A DNA stretch of 64,000 nt from Alphaproteobacteria bacterium (GTDB lineage: Bacteria > Pseudomonadota > Alphaproteobacteria > Bin95). The notes beneath the pieces were generated by a model. It was not told the origin of the DNA, did not search any database, and saw only the letters and a program-made list of their open reading frames with translations. Below, piece by piece: positions 47,473 to 59,063 of this stretch. Made by a program: the position numbers and the translations under genes. Positions within the stretch are counted from its first letter, which is position 1, and every line of letters begins with the position of its first letter. The stretch spans positions 1,024,001 to 1,088,000 of the forward strand of contig OZ219786.1 in the NCBI GenBank assembly GCA_964291285.2, read 5' to 3'.

Positions 47473-48056
47473 GGGGCCGCAACCCTGGCCGTGCCGATCA
47501 TGGCGTCGCGCGTGACCAGCCCGGCCAGCGCGTCTGCGCCCCAGCCTTCCGTGCCGGCGGGCCGCTCGGGCAGCACCAGGTAGCGGATCTCGGCGGTCGA
47601 ATCCCAGACGCGGACCTCGACATCCTCGCCCACCTCCATGCCGAACTCGGCGAGCACGGCGCGCGGTTCGATCACCGCGCGGGCGCGGTAGGGCGGCGCC
47701 TTGTACCAGACCGGCGGCAGCCCCAGCACCGGCCACGGATAGCAGGAGCAGAGCGTGCAGACGACGAGGTTGTGGACCCGGCCCGTGTTCTCGACGACGA
47801 CCATGTGCTCGCCCTGCCGGCCGGTGAAGCCGAGCTCGGCAATGGCGGCGGAGCCATCGGCGAGCAGGCGCGCCCTGTATTCCGGGTCGGTCCAGGCGCG
47901 TGCCACCACCCGCGCCCCGTTATGCGGCCCGACCTCATGCTCATAGGTCTCGATCAGCCGGTCCATCGCCTCCGGATCGACATAGCCCCGTTCCACCAGC
48001 AGTGATTCCAGCGCCTGCACCCGGAGTTCGAGAGCATCCGGACCGTGGTCGTGCAT
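47469..48056 (-). CDS. nthA: Nitrile hydratase alpha subunit (cobalt-type)
   Basis: VCTLCSCY Co-type metal-binding motif, [25 protein letters not shown]. Confidence 0.96.
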   Translation of the reverse strand: MHDHGPDALELRVQALESLLVERGYVDPEAMDRLIETYEHEVGPHNGARVVARAWTDPEYRARLLADGSAAIAELGFTGRQGEHMVVVENTGRVHNLVVCTLCSCYPWPVLGLPPVWYKAPPYRARAVIEPRAVLAEFGMEVGEDVEVRVWDSTAEIRYLVLPERPAGTEGWGADALAGLVTRDAMIGTARVAAP

Positions 48057-48208
48057 TTCCGCTCTCCCGACATCCCGTCATGCGCGGTGAATATAACCCG
48101 CCGCCGCCCGGCCGGCATACCCAACCGCCTTCCGCCCCGCCGCGCCGTGGCCTAAAGTGGTGGGCAACCTCTCCGCACAGCACCGCAACACCGGGAGACG
48201 ATTGTCCC

Positions 48209-49942
48209 ATGCCACTCGACGAAGGGTCACGCTTCGACAAGAACCGGCTTCCGAGCCGGCATGTCACCGAAGGGCCGTCCAAGGCGCCGCACCGCTCCTT
48301 CTACTACGCCATGGGCATGACGGAGGAGGAAATCCACGCCCCGCTCGTCGGCGTCGCCACCTGCTGGAACGAGGCCGCGCCCTGCAACATCACCCTCTCC
48401 CGCCAGGCGCAGGCGGTGAAGGCGGGCGTCAAGGCCGCCGACGGCACGCCGCGCGAGTTCACCACGATCACCGTCACCGACGGCATCGCCATGGGCCACC
48501 AGGGCATGAAGGCCTCGCTCGTGTCACGGGAAGTGATCGCCGACTCCGTCGAGCTCACAATGCGCGGCCACTGCTACGACGCGCTGGTCGGGCTCGCCGG
48601 CTGCGACAAGTCGCTGCCCGGCATGATGATGGCGCAGGTGCGCCTCAACGTGCCGTCCATCTTCCTCTACGGCGGCGCGATCCTGCCCGGCAATTTCCGT
48701 GGCCAGAACGTCACCATCCAGAATGTCTTCGAGGGCGTCGGCAAGCATGCGTCGGGCGAGTTCTCGGATTCGGACCTCAAGGAGCTGGAAGAATGCGCCT
48801 GCCCCTCCGGCGGGGCCTGCGGCGGCCAGTTCACCGCCAACACCATGGCGACCGTGGCCGAGGCCATCGGGCTCGCGCTCCCGCATTCCTGCTCGGCGCC
48901 CGCTCCCTACCTTTCGCGCGACGCCTATTGCGAGGAGGCCGGCAGGCAGGTGATGAACCTCATCGAGCTGGGCCTGCGCCCGCGCGATATCGTCACCCGC
49001 AAGTCGCTGGAAAACGCCGCCCGCGTGGTCGCGGCATCGGGCGGTTCCACCAATGCCGGCCTGCACCTGCCGGCCATCGCGCATGAGGCGGGCATCGACT
49101 TCGACCTGCTGGAGATCGCCGAGATCTTCCGCACGACGCCCTATATCTGCGACCTCCAGCCCGGCGGGCAGTATGTCGCCAAGGACATGTACGACGCCGG
49201 CGGTATCCCGATCCTGCTTAAGGAACTGCTCGACAACGGCCTCCTGCACGGCGACTGCATCACGGTCACCGGCAAGACCATGGCCGAAAACCTCGAGGAC
49301 ATCAGCTTCCCGACCGACCAGAAGGTCGTCTATCCGGTGAAGACGCCGCTCAGCGAGACGGGCGGCGTGGTGGGCCTCCAGGGCAGCCTCGCCCCGGACG
49401 GCGCGATCGTGAAGGTCGCGGGCATGGACGTGCTGCAATTCGAGGGCCCGGCGCGCTGCTTCGACCGCGAGGAAGAAGCCTTCGACGCCGTGATCGACGG
49501 GCGCATCCAGGCGGGCGATGTCATCGTCATCCGCTATGAAGGCCCCAAGGGCGGGCCCGGCATGCGCGAGATGCTGGCCACCACCTCCGCGATCTACGGG
49601 CGCGGCCTCGGCGAGTCGGTAGCGCTGGTCACTGACGGACGGTTCTCCGGCGCGACGCGCGGATTCTGCATCGGCCATGTCGGGCCGGAGGCGGCCGAGG
49701 GCGGCCCCATCGGGCTGCTGCGCGACGGCGACACGATCCGCATCGACGCCGTGGCGGGCACGCTGGATGTGGACCTCTCCGAGGCCGAAATGGCGGAACG
49801 CGCGAAGACCCGGGTCTCGCCACCGGCCGAATTCGGCTCCGGTTCGATCTGGAAATACGCCCAGACCGTCGGCTCCGCGCGCAAGGGCGCCGTCACCCAT
49901 CCGGGCGGCAGCGGCGAAGTCTCGCAATACGCCGACATCTGA
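48209..49942 (+). CDS. ilvD: Dihydroxy-acid dehydratase
   Basis: [55 protein letters not shown]. Confidence 0.96.
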   Translation: MPLDEGSRFDKNRLPSRHVTEGPSKAPHRSFYYAMGMTEEEIHAPLVGVATCWNEAAPCNITLSRQAQAVKAGVKAADGTPREFTTITVTDGIAMGHQGMKASLVSREVIADSVELTMRGHCYDALVGLAGCDKSLPGMMMAQVRLNVPSIFLYGGAILPGNFRGQNVTIQNVFEGVGKHASGEFSDSDLKELEECACPSGGACGGQFTANTMATVAEAIGLALPHSCSAPAPYLSRDAYCEEAGRQVMNLIELGLRPRDIVTRKSLENAARVVAASGGSTNAGLHLPAIAHEAGIDFDLLEIAEIFRTTPYICDLQPGGQYVAKDMYDAGGIPILLKELLDNGLLHGDCITVTGKTMAENLEDISFPTDQKVVYPVKTPLSETGGVVGLQGSLAPDGAIVKVAGMDVLQFEGPARCFDREEEAFDAVIDGRIQAGDVIVIRYEGPKGGPGMREMLATTSAIYGRGLGESVALVTDGRFSGATRGFCIGHVGPEAAEGGPIGLLRDGDTIRIDAVAGTLDVDLSEAEMAERAKTRVSPPAEFGSGSIWKYAQTVGSARKGAVTHPGGSGEVSQYADI

Positions 49943-51421
49943 GGGCTGGGAGAGGGGTGGCGCACAGTTCCCTGTCGCCGGCGCGCGTTTGCGCCAGCGG
50001 CGGGACTTTTACAAACTCGCCCGGTTCTCGGAGGAGCCGCCCATGCTCGCCAACCTGCGGAACGAGAAGCGGCCGCCCTATACACGCGAAACCTTCTGGG
50101 CGGACCTGAGGGCCAGCATTACGCTCGCGGCCTCCAATGTCCCCACCACGATGGCGCTTGGCGTCATTTCCGGAATGGGAGCCCTCGCGGGGCTCTGGTG
50201 CGGCGTGATAGTCGGGATCATCGCGGCGCTGTTCGGCGGCACGCGCGCGATCGTAAGCGGCGCGAGCGCCGTACTCGCGGTCATCACCGCAACGCTGCTC
50301 ACGGGCAACGAGTTCACGCTGGCGGAGCTTGCCGTCATCATCATCATGGCCGGGGCCATCCAGATCGCGCTCGGGCTTGCCGGCGTCGGCCGCTTCGTCT
50401 CCTACATGCCGCATATCGTGCTCGCGGGGTTCATGTCGGGCATCGGCGTGCTCCTCCTCTGGACGCAGGTGGAGAAGCTGGTCCATCTGGGCATAAGCAA
50501 CCTCGCCGTAGCGGGCGTCTGCCTGGTGCTGCTGCTTGCCTGGCCGGCCCGCGTCGGCAAATTCCTGCCGGCGGCGCTTGCGGTCATCGCCATCGGCTGG
50601 CTCTTGGCGCAGTTCCTGCCCGGCGTTGAGCGGCTGGGGCCCGTACCGACGGGACTGCCGGTTCCCGTCCTGGAGATGCCGCCGCTCGCCTTCCTGCCCG
50701 AAGCCGTCGGACCGGCGGTGCTGGTTGCGCTCATCAGCTCGATCTACACGCTGATGTGGGCACTCATCGCCGACAGCTTCACCGGCGGGCAGCACAATCC
50801 CAACCGCGAGCTGTTCGGCGTCGGCCTCGGGAACCTGGCGGCTGGAATCCTCGGCGTCATGCCCGGAGGGGCGACCATCGCCACCATGACGTCGCGCCGC
50901 TTCGGTGGGAAGACCGTCGTCGCGAGCATAATCTGCATGGTCATCGTCGCGGTGCTCATCCTCGGCCTCGGCCGGTATGTCGCGCCGCTTCCGCTCGCGG
51001 CGCTCTCCGCCATCGTCATGCTCGTCGGCTGGAAGATGATCGACTTCTCCTTCCTGCGGAAGGTGCCCCGAATGGACCCGCGGCACTCTACGGTCATGCT
51101 GCTCATCATGGGCGTGACGATCTTCGTCGATCCGCTCTTCGCCATCGTCTTCGGCGTCATCGCCGCGAATATCGTCAGCGCTACGCAGCTGGAATCGCTG
51201 GAGCTCGACAGCGTGATTTCCACACCGCTTCTCGACGCCACTTTCGATGCGGAATCGTCCGATGACTACACCGCACGCATAGGCCTGCTGGCCTTCCGCG
51301 GTTCGTTCACGGTGTCGTCGTCGCGCAAGCTGATCCGCCTGATCGGCGACGACATCCGCGACCATGAGGTCGTGATTTTCGACCTGTCCAACGCCACCCA
51401 TATCGACGACAGCGCCGCTAA

Positions 51422-53435
51422 CCCGACTTCCGCAACTCGGCTTGAGAATCGACTGATTTGACGGTTTTCCGGCGCGAGAAGTGTCGGATTTCGGTGCAGT
51501 ACCTCTCGGGACCGGCTTGTAGTGCCGACCTACCCCCTTGATCGGGCTGGCGAAGATCCGGACGCTGCGCTGATGTTCGTGCGCTGCAAGAGACGCTTCA
51601 AGGACGGCAAGGAGCACCGCTACTGGAGCGTTGTGGAGAACGTCCGGGTCCACGGCAGTCGGGTTGTTCAGCGTCAGGTGCTCTATCTCGGGGAGATCAA
51701 CGACAGCCAGCGAGCGGCGTGGTGCCGCTCGATCGAGGTGGTGGAGGGCAAGTCGCGATCACGGCAGATGGCGCTGTTTCCCGAGGACCGGGAGGCGCCG
51801 GCGCTGACTTGCGAAGTGGTGAAGATCGACCTCTCGCAGGTGGCGCTTCACGACCCGCGCCAGTGGGGGGCGTGCTGGCTGGCGCTGTCCTTGTGGGACC
51901 GCCTGGACCTGGACCGCTTCTGGGAAGAGCGGCTGCCGGCGAGCCGGCAAGGCACGCGGTGGCTGGACATCCTGAAGATCCAGGTCTGCTACCGGCTGAT
52001 CGACCCGGGCAGCGAGTGGCGCCTTCACCGTCACTGGTATGAGCACAGCGCGCTTCGCGATCTTCTGGGTGGCGAGCGGGCGATCGCCGACGACACACTC
52101 TATCGCTGTCTCGACAAGCTGCTGGCGCACAAGCAGGGCTTCTTCTCGTTTCTGCGCGACCGCTGGGCGACGCTGTTCGAGGCGCGCTTCGACGTGCTGC
52201 TCTACGACCTGACCTCGACCTACTTCGAGAGCGATCCGCCGTTCGATGACAAGCGCCGCTTCGGCTACAGCCGGGACAAGCGGCCCGACTGCGTGCAGGT
52301 GGTGATCGCCCTGATCGTTACGCCGCAGGGCTTTCCGCTGGCCTATGAGGTGATGCCGGGCAACACCTCCGACGACACCACGCTGGCGGCGTTCCTCAAG
52401 AAGATCGAGGATCAGTATGGCCGCTCCGAGCGGGTGTGGATCATGGACCGCGGCATCCCCACCGAGGAGACGCTGGCCGCGATGCGCGAGGGCGAGGCGC
52501 CGGTGCGCTACCTGGTGGGCACGCCCAAGGGCCGGCTGACGCGGCTCGAGAAGGTGTTCCTGGGCCTGCCCTGGCAGGAGGTGCGCCAGTCCGTGACTGT
52601 CAAGCTTCTGGTCGAGGATGGCGAGCTCTACGTCCTGGTGCGCAGCGAGGGGCGGCAGGTGAAGGAACGCGGCATGCGCCGGCGCCGGCTGAAGAGGCTG
52701 TGGCGTCGATTGGCCGAGTTGCAAGGGCAGTCGAACAGCCGGGATCAGTTGTTGCTCAAGCTCGGCGCCGCCAGGAAGGAGGCCGGCCGGGCCTGGAGCC
52801 TGGTCGACATCACCGTGCCCGGGACCGACAGCGAACTCGCCGCCAACGGCTTCTCATTCCGCCTGCAGCGCGACCGGCTGCGCCAGGTCCGCCGCCGCGA
52901 GGGCCGTTACCTGCTGCGATCCAACATGGTCGCCGAAGACCCCGCCACGCTGTGGCATCTGTACATGCAGCTCGTCGAGATCGAGCAGGCGTTCAAGGAA
53001 CTCAAGCACGACCTCGCGATCCGCCCCATCTTCCATCAGCGCCAAGAGCGCATCGAGGCGCATATCTTCGTCTCGTTCATCGCCTACTGCCTGCTGGTGA
53101 CCCTGAAGAACCTCGCCCGGCCGCGCGCCCCGGGCCTCACCCCACGCGCCATCCTTGAGGCCTTCGCCACCATCCAGATGGTGGACGTCCATCTGCCAAC
53201 CACCGACGGCCGGCACCTCGTCCTGCCGCGCCACACCCGGCCGAACAAGGAGCACGAGCTACTGCTGCAACAGCTCGGCATGACCTGGCCGCAGCAACCC
53301 GCACCCCGGATCTCCGCCTGACGGCACACGGCGCCGCCTCTCCGTTCGCCGCCTTGTAGTGCCGACCCTCGGGGAGACGATCAAGGCTATTCAATGAGTT
53401 AGCATCCTCATGACCCCCGAGTTGCGGAAGTCGGG
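51422..53435 (+). mobile_element. IS1634-family insertion sequence
   Basis: Perfect 19-bp IRs CCCGACTTCCGCAACTCGG / CCGAGTTGCGGAAGTCGGG; CTAA duplicated at 51418-51421 and 53436-53439. Confidence 0.93.
51573..53321 (+). CDS. IS1634-family transposase
   Basis: KDGKEHRYWSVVEN, LYDLTSTYFE, GYSRDKRPD, WIMDRGI, IEQAFKELK, RPIFHQ...IEAHIFV. Confidence 0.95.
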   Translation: MFVRCKRRFKDGKEHRYWSVVENVRVHGSRVVQRQVLYLGEINDSQRAAWCRSIEVVEGKSRSRQMALFPEDREAPALTCEVVKIDLSQVALHDPRQWGACWLALSLWDRLDLDRFWEERLPASRQGTRWLDILKIQVCYRLIDPGSEWRLHRHWYEHSALRDLLGGERAIADDTLYRCLDKLLAHKQGFFSFLRDRWATLFEARFDVLLYDLTSTYFESDPPFDDKRRFGYSRDKRPDCVQVVIALIVTPQGFPLAYEVMPGNTSDDTTLAAFLKKIEDQYGRSERVWIMDRGIPTEETLAAMREGEAPVRYLVGTPKGRLTRLEKVFLGLPWQEVRQSVTVKLLVEDGELYVLVRSEGRQVKERGMRRRRLKRLWRRLAELQGQSNSRDQLLLKLGAARKEAGRAWSLVDITVPGTDSELAANGFSFRLQRDRLRQVRRREGRYLLRSNMVAEDPATLWHLYMQLVEIEQAFKELKHDLAIRPIFHQRQERIEAHIFVSFIAYCLLVTLKNLARPRAPGLTPRAILEAFATIQMVDVHLPTTDGRHLVLPRHTRPNKEHELLLQQLGMTWPQQPAPRISA

Positions 53436-53651
53436 CTAATCTGCTGGCTCTGCTCATCGACCGGGCGAAACAGACCGGCACGCAGATCGTCATGGTCGAC
53501 GCGAGCGACCGTGTCCGAAAAACCCTCTACGCCTTCGACGTCCTCGACCGGATTCCCGACGACCGGATTGTCGGGACCCCGGAGGAGGCCCGGGACCTGG
53601 CCTGGTCGCTGCTGTAGACGCCTTCCGCGCCGCAATGCGCCGGCGGGTCGA

Positions 53652-54293
53652 TCAAGTGTAGCGGCGCACGCCGCCTGTCAGCGCGGGAAAGGCATCTTCC
53701 GGCCGGTAATCGGCGAAACTCGACAACATCTGGGCATCGCACTCCCGCTGCCAATGCGAGCCGGGCAGAACCGCGGAAACGCACCGGTATTTCTCACGGA
53801 ACGCTGCGCTGCGCTCCGTGCTCTCGATGGCGACGGCGGCCAGGCCGGCGACGCCGCCCTGCTGGCGCTCGACGAGGGCGATGGCGCCTTCCATCGTCCC
53901 GCCGGTCTCGATCCACTGGTCAACCAGCAGGACCCGCGTTCCCGGCGCAAAAGCCGGCAGGCGCATCTCCATATGCTGGGTCCGGCCGGAATAGTTCGTG
54001 AACGCCACCCTGTCCGTATCGACGCAGAGCTTGCCGGCCTTGCGGATCGGCAGGAACCCGACGCCCAGCCTCACCGCCAGAGCGGTTCCGAGAACGAACC
54101 CCATGGCGTCGAGGCCCGCAACGACATCGACATCGACGCCCTCCAGATCGGCGTGCAGGTCGTCAAGCAGATCGTGAAACGCCCCTCCATTGATGTAGAT
54201 GGACGTAGGGTCCAGCCAGGCGAACCCGCCGCCCTTGGTGTTCGGCGCCATCAGCCGCAAGTACCAGCGGTCGTCGCGGGGGCCTTTATCCAT
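53652..54293 (-). CDS. Type I phosphoribosyltransferase (adenine PRTase-like)
   Basis: VVAGLDAMGF, PIRKAGKL, VLLVDQWIETGGT (atypical PRPP loop, DQ instead of DD). Confidence 0.8.
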   Translation of the reverse strand: MDKGPRDDRWYLRLMAPNTKGGGFAWLDPTSIYINGGAFHDLLDDLHADLEGVDVDVVAGLDAMGFVLGTALAVRLGVGFLPIRKAGKLCVDTDRVAFTNYSGRTQHMEMRLPAFAPGTRVLLVDQWIETGGTMEGAIALVERQQGGVAGLAAVAIESTERSAAFREKYRCVSAVLPGSHWQRECDAQMLSSFADYRPEDAFPALTGGVRRYT

Positions 54294-55029
54294 GGCTACC
54301 GATCTCCCGGGCAATCCGCATTAGACGCGCCAGTCGGGCGGGGTCGATATTGTAGAAGTCATCCGGCCGGTTGACCCCGGTTGCCACCAGGAAAGCGTCG
54401 GAATCGGCATAGATTCGCGCGTTCTCGGGCGTAATGCCGGAGGCCAGCGCAAGCGGCGCGTCGCCAACGCCGGCCCTGAAGCGCCGGAGCTTTTGCAGAC
54501 CGGCTTCCTCCCCGGTCGCTGCGCCCGACGTTGTGACGACATCCATGAAGGGGGCTGCCTCGCGCGCGGCGTCCTGCCAGTGTGCCGGATCGACGGGGCG
54601 CTGCTTCTTGAATGCCGTGCCGCCGAAATAGAGTCCGGACCATCCGCTCGCCGCCCGCGCGGCGGCAATCTGCCGGGCTTCGGAGGGGTCCCGCCCGGTC
54701 TCGTCGATCCGCGCGTCGTCTCCCCAGTAGGCATCTATCCGGCAACCGGCCTTCCCGAGTTCGCCCAGGAGCGGGAAGGCGTCGCGGCCCGTGACGGCCA
54801 GGAAGTTGACACCCATCCAGAGCGCCGGCCACGCGCTCCGGACCTCGCTGATGACAGGCAGAAACGGCTCGACGCCGAAGTCATGGTTGATCAGGAAACA
54901 GCCCGGTGCGCCTTCGCCGACCAGAATGCGGATGTTCTCGTTTACCTGTCCCGCGTCCAGTGCATGGATCACGGGCAGGACGACCGGGCCCGGCGCCTTG
55001 AAGAGCTTATGGAATTCCCGAAGCGTCAC
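54286..55029 (-). CDS. BtpA/SgcQ-like TIM-barrel protein
   Basis: VVLPVIH, GVNFL, FGGTAFKKQ, VVTTSGAATG, LASGITPEN, LVATG; overlaps the PRTase start. Confidence 0.65.
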   Translation of the reverse strand: MTLREFHKLFKAPGPVVLPVIHALDAGQVNENIRILVGEGAPGCFLINHDFGVEPFLPVISEVRSAWPALWMGVNFLAVTGRDAFPLLGELGKAGCRIDAYWGDDARIDETGRDPSEARQIAAARAASGWSGLYFGGTAFKKQRPVDPAHWQDAAREAAPFMDVVTTSGAATGEEAGLQKLRRFRAGVGDAPLALASGITPENARIYADSDAFLVATGVNRPDDFYNIDPARLARLMRIAREIGSHG

Positions 55030-55129
55030 GGCGGGAAACTTGCGGCCGATTGGCTGTGCAGTCAAAGATGTTCCTTGCTGCAATGTTCAATTCGGGTTTG
55101 GATACCGCGAGCAGCCAACGGGAGGTCAT

Positions 55130-56254
55130 ATGATGAGCGAAAAGGTGAACCTGACGCGCCGCAAGGTGCTTATGGCAACAGGCGCGACGGCGCTCAGCGC
55201 CCCGTTCGTCGGCCGCGCATGGGCCTCGACGACCGAGATCAACATGCTTGCCTGGTACGGCCATGGCGAGCCGGACATCGTCGGCGCCTTCGAGGAAGCC
55301 AACAATGTCAAATTCAAGCCGAAATACTACGCCGGCGGCGACAACATGCTGGCGCTTATCGCCCAGTCGCCTCCCGGCACCTACGACGTGATCCTCTCGG
55401 ACGCCGAGTTCGTGCAGCAGCTGAATGCGGCGGGCTATATCGAGGCTCTGGACGCAAACGACTATCCGTTCGACGACATGCTGCACGACGACTTCACGAA
55501 GTTCCCGGGACATTGGGACGGCGACACGCTGTTCTCGATGATGGTGCGGTTCGGGCATCTGGGCGTCAGCTACAACACGACCGCGATCTCGGCCGAAGAG
55601 GCCATGAGCTACAAGTGCTTCTGGAAGCCCGAGGTGAAGGGCAAGGTCGGGCATTTCGACTGGCACCTGCCGTCTCTGGGCATGATGAGCCTCTATAACG
55701 GCAACGGTGCGGGACTCTGGGACCTAGACGACGCCGAATGGGAGGCGGTGCAGAAGACGACCATGAGCCTGCGCCCGCAGGTCGGCGGCTACTTCGACTA
55801 TGGCGGCACCTTCAACAGCCTGAAGAACGGCGAGATGCTGGCCATGTGCGGGATCGGCGACTGGATCACGGGTGTGCTGGAAAAGGACGGCGCGCCGGTG
55901 GCCTCGGTCATTCCGAAGGAGGGCGGCATACAGTGGACGGAGAGCTACTGCATCGGCAAAGGCTCGTCCAAGGCGGATATCGTCAAGAGCTTCATCCAGT
56001 ACATGCTGAGCCCCGAGGGACAGGTGAAGTCGGCCCAGATGGCCGCCTATCCGGGCAACTGCATCACCAAGGGCGGACGCGCGGCCCTAGTTGCCGCCGA
56101 CAGCGCCGAGGCGGAGCGCTCCAACCAGACGGACGGGAACCCGATGGACCCGATCGCGCTCATCAATGAAGGCCGCATCCACTACCGCAACATCCCGGTC
56201 AACCAGACGCTTGAGGACTGGAACGACTTCTGGTCCGAGTACAAGAACGCCTGA
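55130..56254 (+). CDS. ABC transporter substrate-binding protein (PotD/PotF-like), Tat signal
   Basis: LTRRKVL twin-Arg signal; YDVILSD; IPKEGGIQW. Confidence 0.88.
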   Translation: MMSEKVNLTRRKVLMATGATALSAPFVGRAWASTTEINMLAWYGHGEPDIVGAFEEANNVKFKPKYYAGGDNMLALIAQSPPGTYDVILSDAEFVQQLNAAGYIEALDANDYPFDDMLHDDFTKFPGHWDGDTLFSMMVRFGHLGVSYNTTAISAEEAMSYKCFWKPEVKGKVGHFDWHLPSLGMMSLYNGNGAGLWDLDDAEWEAVQKTTMSLRPQVGGYFDYGGTFNSLKNGEMLAMCGIGDWITGVLEKDGAPVASVIPKEGGIQWTESYCIGKGSSKADIVKSFIQYMLSPEGQVKSAQMAAYPGNCITKGGRAALVAADSAEAERSNQTDGNPMDPIALINEGRIHYRNIPVNQTLEDWNDFWSEYKNA

Positions 56255-56377
56255 TGCCGGGGCGAGCGCGTCCGGGGCCACCCTTCCGGTCCCGGACGCT
56301 GACCTGCGGGACCCCGGCGCCAGAGCCTTGACGGCGCGGGGTCCGTTACGCCCTCCCTGCATGTCCAAGCGCGCGCC

Positions 56378-57214
56378 ATGAACCGTTTTGCGTTCGCCTT
56401 CCGGCTGCCGGTCATCGTCTGGCAGGGGCTGTTCTTCCTCGGGCCCCTGTTCTTCATGATCGCGATGAGCTTCTTCCTGGTGAAGAACTACCGGATGGAG
56501 GAGGCGTTCGAGCTCAAGAACTGGGCGCGGATGCTCACCAGGGGCTATGTGTGGGACAGCTACTGGTACACCTTCGGCATGGCGGGCCTGGCGACGCTGG
56601 CGGCGACGCTGGTGGCCTTTCCCGCAGCCTACGCCCTGGCATTCCGGGTGTCGGAGGCGACACGGCGCTGGGCGATCTTTCTTCTCATCATCCCGTTCTT
56701 CACGTCCTATCTGGTCCGCACGTTCTCCTGGTACGTGATCCTGGCGGAATCGGGCGTAATCAATGCCGGGATCGGCGCCGCCGGGCTCGGTCCCTACACC
56801 ATGCTCAACACGCCCTTCGGCACGGTCGTCGGCTACCTGACCCTGACATTGCCGCTGGTCGTCATCCTGCAGACCGTCTCGCTCGCCAATATCGACCGGA
56901 ACCTCGTCCAGGCCGCCCGGAACCTCGGCTGTCCGCCCCGGCGCACGCTGTTCGCCGTGATCGTGCCGCTCGCGAAGGCGGGGCTCATCATCGCGGCGCT
57001 GTTCTGCTTCATCCTGTCCTTCGGCGACTTCGTCGCGCCCTATTACCTGGGCGGGTCGAAACCGCCCACTCTGCCGATACTGATCATCGACACCACGAAA
57101 TCCGGCCAGCAGTGGCCGCGTGCGGCCGTCGTCGCGGTCATGATGATGCTCACGCTGTTCACCATCGCCGCCACCGCCATCTGGCTGGCCTATCGCAAGC
57201 GGTTATCGTCATGA
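56378..57214 (+). CDS. ABC transporter permease (PotB-like)
   Basis: IPFFTSYLVRT, QAARNLG EAA loop, SFGDF. Confidence 0.9.
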   Translation: MNRFAFAFRLPVIVWQGLFFLGPLFFMIAMSFFLVKNYRMEEAFELKNWARMLTRGYVWDSYWYTFGMAGLATLAATLVAFPAAYALAFRVSEATRRWAIFLLIIPFFTSYLVRTFSWYVILAESGVINAGIGAAGLGPYTMLNTPFGTVVGYLTLTLPLVVILQTVSLANIDRNLVQAARNLGCPPRRTLFAVIVPLAKAGLIIAALFCFILSFGDFVAPYYLGGSKPPTLPILIIDTTKSGQQWPRAAVVAVMMMLTLFTIAATAIWLAYRKRLSS

Positions 57215-57999
57215 GCGCGCGGATCGCGACCGTCCTACTGCTCGGCTGGCTGCTACTGGTGTTCGTCTTCATCTTCGCGCCGATCGTCGCGTCGGTCGTC
57301 TTTTCCTTCAACTCGGACCGGTTCCCGACGATCCCGCTGGGCTCCTTCACCACCCACTGGTACGACACGATTTTCGCCGACGCCGAGATCGGCGAGGCAG
57401 CCCGCAACTCGATCATCGTCTCGCTCTCGACCTCCGTTATCGCGACAACGCTGGGTTTCGCGACCGCCTATACCGACTATCGCTACAGCTTCCGCCTCAA
57501 GGGGCCGTATCTGGCGCTGATCCTGCTGCCGCCGACGATCCCGCTGATCATCATGGCGCTTGCCATGCTCGCCTGGCTGTCCTGGATCGGGGCGTCGGGC
57601 CAGCTCTGGTCGATCGTCATCGCTCATTCCGTGCTGACGGCGCCCTTCGCCATGGCGATCATCCGCCTGCGCCTGAACCAGATCGATCCGAACCTGGAGG
57701 CCGCGGCCTGGAATCTGGGCTCCTCGGAATGGCGGGCGCTGCGGTCGGTCATACTCCCGTTCTGCCGGCCCGCCATTGTCTCCGCCGCCTGCCTCACCGC
57801 CGCCGTTTCCTTTGACGAGTTTGCGGTAGCATGGTTCGTAAGCGGGCTGAACAAGACCGTGCCGGTGATCGTCCTCGAGATCGTCCAGGGCAATATCGAC
57901 CCGCAGGTCAACGCCATCGGGTCGCTTGTGTTCCTGACCTCCATCACGCTGGTGGTCCTCGCTCAACTCTTCTTCATCGCCAGGGTTGGTCGCACATGA
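57211..57999 (+). CDS. ABC transporter permease (PotC-like)
   Basis: FSFNS, FTTHWY, LEAAAWNLG, VSFDEF, PQVNAIG. Confidence 0.9.
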   Translation: MSARIATVLLLGWLLLVFVFIFAPIVASVVFSFNSDRFPTIPLGSFTTHWYDTIFADAEIGEAARNSIIVSLSTSVIATTLGFATAYTDYRYSFRLKGPYLALILLPPTIPLIIMALAMLAWLSWIGASGQLWSIVIAHSVLTAPFAMAIIRLRLNQIDPNLEAAAWNLGSSEWRALRSVILPFCRPAIVSAACLTAAVSFDEFAVAWFVSGLNKTVPVIVLEIVQGNIDPQVNAIGSLVFLTSITLVVLAQLFFIARVGRT

Positions 58000-59051
58000 A
58001 GGATCCGCTCGTCATTCTCTCAGGCGTGGTAAAGCGGTTCGGGACCTTCACGGCCGTGCATCGCCTGGACCTGGAAATTGCGGCGGGCGAGTTCATCGCG
58101 ATCATGGGCCCGTCGGGCTGCGGCAAGACGACGACGCTGCGGATGATCGCCGGACTGGAAGCGCCGACCGAAGGCGAGGTCCGCATCAGCGGGCGCTTGA
58201 TGAACGACGTGCCGGTCCACGAGCGCGACACGCCCATGGTCTGGCAGTCCCTAGCCCTGTTCCCTTTCCTGAATGCCCGGGAGAATGTCGAGTTCGGGCT
58301 GAGAATGCGCGGGATCGATGCCGGCGAACGGCGCAGGCGCGCCGTGGAATGGCTGGAGCGGCTCGAGATCGGGGAGTTCGCCGAGCGCAATGTCGACACG
58401 CTGTCCGGCGGCCAGCGCCAGCGCGTGGCGCTGGCGCGCTCACTGGTGACGGAGCCCCAGATCCTGTTGCTGGACGAACCGTTGTCGGCGCTGGACGCCC
58501 ATCTGGTCATCCGCATGCAGGGCGTGCTGACGCGCCTGCAGCGCGAGCTCGGCATCACCTTCGTCTATGTCACCCATTCGCAATCCGAGGCCTTCGCCAT
58601 GGCCAACCGGATCGTGATCATGTCGGAGGGCCGCGTCGTCCAGGTCGGCCAGCCGCGCGAGATTTACCGCACGCCCGAAAACCGCTTCGTGGCCGAATTC
58701 GTGGGCCGTAACAACATTCTGGCCGGTATCAGCAGAGGCGACGCGATTGAAACGCCGCTCGGCGCCTTCCCTGCTGCCGGCCTGCCCGCGGCAGGCAGCC
58801 CCGCCGCTCTTGTCGTGGCCGCCGACCTCGTCGAAATCGGCCGCACGCCGTCCGAAGGCGCGATTCCGTGCTCCCTGATCTCCGAGGAATTCGTCGGCGC
58901 GACAGTGACCCTGTTCCTCGAGGCGAAGGACGGGACCGAGCTCAAGGTCCAGTTGCCCGAACGCGCGCTGGGCGACCTGGACCCGCATGCCGGCGGCGAC
59001 TTCCATCTCAGCTGGCCGGCCGATGCCGGTCATGTCCTGCCCGAAAGCTGA
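57996..59051 (+). CDS. ABC transporter ATP-binding protein (PotA-like)
   Basis: GPSGCGKTT, LSGGQRQR, LLLDEP, VTHSQ. Confidence 0.93.
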   Translation: MKDPLVILSGVVKRFGTFTAVHRLDLEIAAGEFIAIMGPSGCGKTTTLRMIAGLEAPTEGEVRISGRLMNDVPVHERDTPMVWQSLALFPFLNARENVEFGLRMRGIDAGERRRRAVEWLERLEIGEFAERNVDTLSGGQRQRVALARSLVTEPQILLLDEPLSALDAHLVIRMQGVLTRLQRELGITFVYVTHSQSEAFAMANRIVIMSEGRVVQVGQPREIYRTPENRFVAEFVGRNNILAGISRGDAIETPLGAFPAAGLPAAGSPAALVVAADLVEIGRTPSEGAIPCSLISEEFVGATVTLFLEAKDGTELKVQLPERALGDLDPHAGGDFHLSWPADAGHVLPES

Positions 59052-59063
59052 CCGGAGGCGCAG

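Larger units (their letters stand above)
50043..53617 (+). pseudogene. SulP-family anion transporter interrupted in its STAS domain by IS1634
   Basis: Multi-TM SulP pattern (DLRASIT, HNPNRELFGVG). STAS ...THIDDSAA resumes after the IS as NLLALLIDRAKQTGTQIVMV...LAWSLL*, stop at 53615-53617. Confidence 0.85.

Noticed and set aside
56255-56330. ncRNA or riboswitch after the binding-protein gene
   Set aside because: A GC-rich stem-loop is present, but this is common after ABC binding-protein genes as an mRNA stabiliser; no recognisable family motif.
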